A stretch of DNA of 37,665 bases, from positions 1-37,665 of the forward strand of contig NW_021835692.1 in assembly GCF_006345805.1 (NCBI RefSeq), given 5' to 3'. The DNA is from Octopus sinensis. Its lineage: Eukaryota. Below the pieces are notes generated by a model that did not search any database, was not told where the DNA came from, and was given only the letters and a program-made list of their open reading frames with translations. The position numbers were made by a program, and so were the translations under genes. Positions 31,870 through 37,665 of this stretch are shown here, piece by piece (position 1 is the stretch's first letter; each line of letters starts with the position of its first letter).

Positions 31870-33030
31870 GGAACAGTTTCTCAATTCAGCTCATGCCCGG
31901 TGCTGCTCCATAGTCCCGACACAATTTCTATGAGGGCACGGTGGTGAAGTTTTATGGCCTGTAGGCCCATGGTTCCTTCCCAATATTTCTTTGAATGAGG
32001 GGATGGATAGATGTTCATTCGGTCCTTGAAGTGCTTTCCGAAATCTTTCTTGAGTTTTTTCGATTTTTCACGGTTTGTTTCACTGACAAACCCTCCCACG
32101 CCCCACAAGCATAACTAATGGAGGGTTTGATGTATTGCCGGTAGATTAATTCGCGTTCGTCGCGTCTGGGGAAGCTGATCCATTGTTTGCATTTTCGGAG
32201 GAACACTTTTAAATGTTCAATTTCTTCATGCAGCAAGTAGTAATATTTTCAACTTGTTGGGAGAAAGACTATCGTAAGTCACGCCGAGGATTTTCTGGGA
32301 TTTTTTAAAAAGGATTTCCATGTTGTTTAGGTATAAGTTAACCACCATTTTCCCAAGCTTCCTTGCTGAAGTCATAAGCGTAGTGACCGATTTTTCAGGA
32401 CTCGTTGATAGTCGATTTAACGAGAGCCAACTTTCGAGATTGTGGAGGTAGTTCTGCAGTTTTGTACTTGCCGTGTTCACCTCACGGCTCCGGGTAGCAA
32501 TTACAATGTCGTCAGCGTATGATAATACGATTGAATCTTTGTCGTTTGGTAGCGGGAGATCCGATAAGAATAAGTTAAAAAGAGCTGGTGAAAGGGGTGA
32601 GCCTTGAGGGACTCCGTTTGGAAAATATCGTGACATCGATCTTGTATTGTTTTGTTGGATCCTGCCTCTTCGGCCGCTAAGGAAGTTAGCTAGCCACTTT
32701 TTCAGTTTTGGGTAAATTTCACTATGGTATATTTCCCTGGTCAGTATTTTCCTGGGAATGGAGTCAAGCCTTATGGATATCCACTGAGCATATACCGTTT
32801 TGGTTATACGGTTTGAGCAGATAGGCCACCTGAGGTGAAGTTCGTCACAGTGACAAGGGGGCGAAGTGGTTGATTTACCACATTTAAATCTATGTTGAAA
32901 ATCCAAATCCGCGAGATATTGGTTTGATGTGGTGAGTATAAGTTTTTCCAGAACATTGGATAGGACACAGAGGAGAGATATTGATTGGCCTGTAGGACGC
33001 CGGTTGTCTGATCTTGTGAGTAATGCCTAC
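31870..33030 (-). mobile_element. Jockey/I-group LINE RT and 3' region, 5'-truncated and frameshifted
   Basis: YRPIS..., FQHRF, GVPQGSPLSPALFNLFLSDLP, SYADD, ILGVTYD, YIKPSISYACGAW; 3' part homologous to 14174-14365. Confidence 0.9.
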
Positions 33031-33410
33031 TTTGATTCGACATTTTGTGTCGACATTATGGACACAAACGAATGTCCTTTCAATTTCCTGCTTCGTCTAA
33101 TTCCATACATTCGCCATAAGTGAAAATAGATAAATTTAACCACTTTATTATGTCTTTGGGGATAATCACTGTTTAGCATCCTACCACACCGCGTGGCTAG
33201 ATTGTTCACAGACTGCTTGCTTTTTTGCAATATACGCATAATGATCCCGTCAATACAAAAAACAAATTCCTATCTCGAAAAAGACAGTAAAATGCCTTGT
33301 TTTGTGGACCATTGTTCCCCTTCAATAGCTATTGGAAAGAATTAGATATGTCGACATTAGATTTCTCCATAAATTTATACATAACCGAGTTTAGTGATTT
33401 AAGTCTTGAA
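33020..33410 (-). mobile_element. R4/Dong-like RLE element fragment (second copy)
   Basis: Colinear nucleotide similarity with 7420-7770 (TAAATCACTA...CAAAATGTCGAA). Confidence 0.85.
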
Positions 33411-33589
33411 AATAATACTTTCAAGTGAAATTGATTTTATAATTTAATAAGAAAAATTATAATTCAAGAGCGAGTTATTGAATCAATCTTTTCTTTCTTA
33501 TTCTAATCAACAGAGAAGCTTTTAGTCTCGATTATGGCGGTGCTAACTAGAATTTGTGAATTGTCCATTTCTAGTGACACAAAACACTA

Positions 33590-34890
33590 TGAACATTATT
33601 GCAAATTTTTTTGGCTTGTGGGATTAATAAAACAAAAAGTTAAACTAGTTAAAAGCTTCACGAGACCCTTGACCAGCCTCGCGAATAGCAAAACCATTTC
33701 ATAGCGATCGTTCCAAAAGCTAGATGACTCTCTCGAGTCGCGTCTCATCCATCATATCCGTCGACCGAGCAAGCGAAAGAAGCGAACCGTCTTGGGGCCG
33801 AAAATGCCAAAAGAATCCAAAGCGATTGGAGTAAAAAACAAGTTTGGAAGATGACCGTACTTGAGAAACTTGTGATTTTGGCCTGCCTTGATACGTGCCC
33901 GGGATCCTTTTTCCTAAGGGCAGTAAAATTGGCAGAAAAGAAAATTTCGCGTGCAAAATCAGGTAAAGAACCGGAGATAAAATGGTTTCACAGGTTGGTA
34001 TTTGACCGTAATAATCTCCGTCCAGCTTCAGCGGTGACAGGACGAAAGCTTTCGAGATCACTCAGGGATTGACAGTGAGAATAAGAGAGCACGGCTGAGA
34101 TGTGAAGTCATTGGGCTGATAAGAATGTTTTTCTCTAAGCGAATTCAAAACGGTGGATGTCGACGACAAAAGAGAACTTGTCAAAACGACAAGCCCGACA
34201 ACACCGCGAGCATCGCCATCTATGACTTTGCTATTTACTTTTCTGTAAAGATAGTCGTCATCATTCGCGGCTGCAGGTGCATTGTTGAGGTTATGCCGGA
34301 GAAAGACTCTGAATTAGCAAGATAGGCCTGCAGCAAGAAGCAAACCAGAACAACTTAAGCCAATCAGATTGTCCATCTAAAGCCAGAGCATCATTAATTC
34401 TAGTGGACAAAAAGGAACCTGCTAAGATATAAGCAGCTTTAGGGATTCTAGGCGGGATTTGCCTGAGACGGCGGAGAAGTGTGATTGATTAGAGAACGAA
34501 GGAGATATAGTGCGTCCCAGAGATAGAATCATAAAAAGGGAAGGAATCTGGAGAGTGGGAGACACCAGGAATCGAGGATGAAGATAAGGACCAGAAAGAC
34601 AGGTGTGGCAGACCTATAATGCAATACGTTCCGGAATGCGGGAAACACAGGAAAAATAAAAAAACAGGATGAGCAAGATCGGCCACTCTTTCTTTTGGTA
34701 ACTACGTTGAAATTATGCAGAGGCAAACGGGATTGAAAGTAGGATGAGTGACAGCCATGCAACAGAATAAGATCGGGACGAATAATGAATAGAAAAAAAT
34801 AGTTGAAAAGAAGAAAACGATTTTTTGGACAGAATAAAATGACACCACAGCAATACGATAGCACATACTCTAAATTACACAAGAATTATG
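33590..34890 (-). mobile_element. Internally deleted CRE element spanning 5' leader to 3' end
   Basis: T-rich leader, decayed PHD (KRKSGRSCSSC...VCHTC), RIPKAA...INDALALDGQSDWLKLFWFA, KVIDGDARG...LREKH, FFSANFTALRKKD, then a direct jump near 33904 to PGHVSRQA...KYGHL and ...GLVKLL/REAF-type terminus shared with 13800-13838. Confidence 0.8.
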
Positions 34891-35149
34891 AACTACTAAA
34901 CGGATAAATGCTGACCTGTGTGTTTTAAGATGAGTGCAGATCTATAGTTGCGGATTCTTGTTTTTTGAAATGGCATTTAAACAAAATCATTTGCCAGTTG
35001 CATAAAACAGCTGGGGTTACAGCAACTTGATACTTTCTTGAATTTATTATAAAGATGGATTCTGCAATGTGAATTAGATTTCTTAATGGTTTTCGATTTT
35101 TGTCACCACCGCTCTATTTTCAGCGTCTTGGACTTAATGTCTAGAGACT

Positions 35150-35480
35150 GGGTGCAAGTGGAAGAAAATATCAGGGACGCCCCGCGTATTGCAGAACTGG
35201 AGGTGCGGGATTCGGATCTTAAATCAATCAACCGGACGCCTAAAAGTGGGAATGATCTGAATGCAATGAGCTTGGCATTCAACAGAGGAAATGGAAAAGG
35301 ATTGTCGAGAAAATCGTTTCAAGTGGCGCACGTGTGGAAACGTAACTATTATGTTTCTACGGCAGTTGCCAATAATAATATTAAAAACAAAGAAAATTGC
35401 TAAATACGCAACTCTTGGACAACGGCATCGTTTCATTACAATAACTGTGAACATCTGGAGTAATTGGGTGTTAGCGACTT
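35150..35480 (+). mobile_element. Possible L1/Tx1-like APE remnant
   Basis: Weak: MI*MQ*AWHSTEEMEK...FKW...GNVTIMF resembles DIIxLQETHSxxxxExxW...GVxILF. Confidence 0.3.
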
Positions 35481-35699
35481 CTTTGATGAAAGAAGTCGGA
35501 GGAAAAGTCCCTATGCGACGTGGCGAGCCATTATTGTTTCAACAAATCGGCAATACACACTCCATGTGCATGCAATCGTAAGTTGCTTTTACCGTGTCCT
35601 TTAAAATATTATTGCACATAAAAAAATTTAATAAAATGATATTGATGTAGTAATCGATCATTTTATTCTTAATATCTAAGTTGCTGCTATTCCTCTGTC

Positions 35700-36890
35700 A
35701 AGATGGCTTTACCCCTCTTGCCTTCCTAGTCTGAGCCAATTAAGCCCAGGCTAACAGTCGGTAGTCTCTTTCCCGACAAATTCTTAATCGACCGAACTTG
35801 TCGGAGGCATTCGTCACCGCTTGTCTGAATTCTGCAAATCTAAAGTTGTCCATCTCGAATTCCTACATTGGTCAGGATCTAATTAATCAATCTTTGGATC
35901 TAGCAATTGAGCGTGCACTAGACTCAAATTCATCCGAAGATTGGTGCAAGTTTTTCTCTTTTGCCTTCGTTTGTCACGGAGGCTCTCCAAATCGCTATCG
36001 CGATGGAAACACGTCCGTCTCACAGCATGTTAAAAAGAGCTGAAAGTTATACGACAATACTAAATTCAATTTCAACGCCATTTCTTTCCAGGCTGTAGAA
36101 AGGCAGCTTCGCGCTAATCAGAACATTCAGGACATCACCCAAATGGTTTGTAGCAACCTCATGCAAGGCGACGTACTCACTGCTATGCGTGTTATCTCAT
36201 CAAACTTAACAATTTCACCTCTTTCGAACAGTTTCTCAGCCAACTGCGCTCAAAACACACTGCTGCATAGGTCGATTTATCATAAACTCCAGAATTCACT
36301 GGATTCGATTGTAGCGTATATTCCGTCACTGCAGCCGAAATAACTCCTGCCTCAGTTCTTTCCCTTGGTGAGTGGGGGTATTGATAATATGAAACCCATC
36401 CACCAGAAAGATCTGCTCTCTACGATAACTGCTGAGGCAGGGAGGCGCCTGATTGTGACAATCACATGCCTATGTACAAGGATTCTCTCGGGTGCAATTC
36501 AACTTTTTGCAAGGGATTTACTTTTTTCCGCAAACCTGACAGCTCCCAACAAATGTGATGATGGAATATGGCCCATGGCTGTTGGGACGTCTTAAAACGC
36601 CTGGCGGTCAAAATTATTTGTCGCTCTGTTCTTCCCGAAGCAAGTTTAGTTTTAATGCAACCCTAACTGGCTGTGGGTGTGAATGGAGCCTGCGAATCAG
36701 CCGCTCATGGTATAAGGCAGTTGGCTTTGTCTGGTACCTTATTATGTTTGAATCGGGGATTCAACAGGCGACTCATTGTGGCCTCTTCTGTTTTCCCTTG
36801 GAGTTAATCATATCGCTGTCAATTGTCTTTTGAATTAATCTTTGGAATCTCGACGGCATCACATTTGGCGGACATTTGGAGGTCGTCAAA
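35700..36890 (+). mobile_element. CRE-clade element fragment (N-terminal region to RT core), degraded
   Basis: AIERALDSNSSEDWCKFFSFA, MQGDVLTAMRVISS, SGGIDNMKPIHQKDLL, DLLFSANLTA, LKRLAVK...LAVGVNGACESAAH, GIQQGD...LFSLGVN, WNLDG (decayed WYLDD). Confidence 0.85.
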
Positions 36891-37052
36891 AATTGTCACA
36901 AAAATTAGTCAAATTTTTGTGAACATAAAAATATTAAATTTAATATTTTTACATACATATTAGAATTTCATTAATCTAATTTAGTTTTTTTTACATATAT
37001 ATTTAAAATTCTTTAAAATGATAAACTAACTACACGTTCTACAGTTGTTAGC

Positions 37053-37223
37053 ATGGTGGAAAATCGAAAACGCCTGTCATTTTTTCAAAAGAAGGAAATA
37101 ATCGAATTTTATCATAAAAATAGACATTACACACAGCGCGATTTATCCCTTTATTTCAATGTTTCTCTGGGCTGCATAAACAAAATTTTGAAAAATTCTG
37201 AAGGAATACTAAATGTTTTAGAT
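37053..37223 (+). mobile_element. Tigger/pogo transposase N-terminus (HTH-psq), cut off by a hAT insertion
   Basis: MVENRKRLSFFQKKEIIEFYHKN...TQRDLSLYFNVSLGCINKILKN. Confidence 0.75.
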
Positions 37224-37665
37224 CAGCGGTTCTCAAATGCGGCCCCCGGGGCCGCATCTGGCCCCCAGGATTTTTTTTGCGGCCCCTCTAGAGTAACTAA
37301 CTTTTTGAATTTTTTTAAATGTTTAAAATTTAATTAATTAATCAATTTGAAGCACGTTTTGGGGTACATTATATAAATTTAATTTTTAGACTTTTAAAGA
37401 ATTCCTTCCTTTAACTTATTCCAGATTTCAAAAACTTAATAAACAAATAGTACTTTCTTTTTAAATACAACGCCTTTTGTAGATTTTTTAGCTTTTATTT
37501 CTTTATAAAGAAAATGGAAATTAAAAAAAGAAAAAAGTCCAAAAACTCATTACGCATCAGCAGTGGCTGCACTTCGGATTGCAAGCGAGTTACCGGCTTG
37601 AAAAATATAAAAATATATTAAAATATTTTTTGTGCGGCACGCGAAGCTAATCTTAATTATCGATT
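37224..37665 (+). mobile_element. Non-coding hAT (Buster/SPIN-type) element, left end; right end probably beyond the window
   Basis: Starts CAGCGGTTCTCAAATGCGGCCCCCGGGGCCGCATCTGGCCC, similar to the TIRs at 28572/29228; preceded by TTTTAGAT (TA at positions 4-5). Confidence 0.7.

Noticed and set aside
31632-31900. tRNA-targeted integration of the LINE ending about 220-240 bp upstream of tRNA-His
   Set aside because: Single instance in a TE-saturated region; the homologous 3' end at 14.2-14.4 kb has no tRNA nearby.
35130-35185. Second 2A-like motif (LMSRDWVQVEENIRD)
   Set aside because: Lacks the GD and NPGP residues; similarity too weak.
5566-36700. Ciliate-type code (TAA/TAG = Gln), suggested by tiny introns and a TAA at a Gln position near 36670
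   Set aside because: The long RT ORFs contain no in-frame TAA/TAG and end at TAA where expected; other in-frame TAGs replace Trp codons, which fits mutational decay.

Overview
AT-rich eukaryotic nuclear DNA with the standard genetic code; no prokaryotic genes or CRISPR arrays. Most of the window is a nested graveyard of transposable elements. The non-LTR retrotransposons are six CRE-clade pieces (one nearly complete RT plus restriction-like endonuclease, and two 5' ends carrying a PHD finger), two R4/Dong-like pieces, several APE-type Jockey/I-group LINEs (one near full length, one with an intact RT ORF, one with a degenerate 2A peptide ahead of the endonuclease) and an RTE fragment. The DNA transposons are Tigger/pogo, Buster/SPIN-type hAT and a Ginger-like integrase. 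Host-type sequences are one intact-looking tRNA-His(GUG) gene, a full-length but frameshifted divergent proteasome beta-subunit gene, and remnants of ABCF, ankyrin-repeat and PA-domain genes. The most distinctive signal is ten inferred GT-AG introns of only 19-28 nt, two of them inside DNA-transposase genes, which points to a micro-intron eukaryote; the species cannot be determined from this window. All protein family calls come from manual motif recognition, not database searches, and element boundaries are approximate unless TIR, TSD or tail coordinates are given. Many frameshifts are single-base changes in homopolymers and could be assembly errors.
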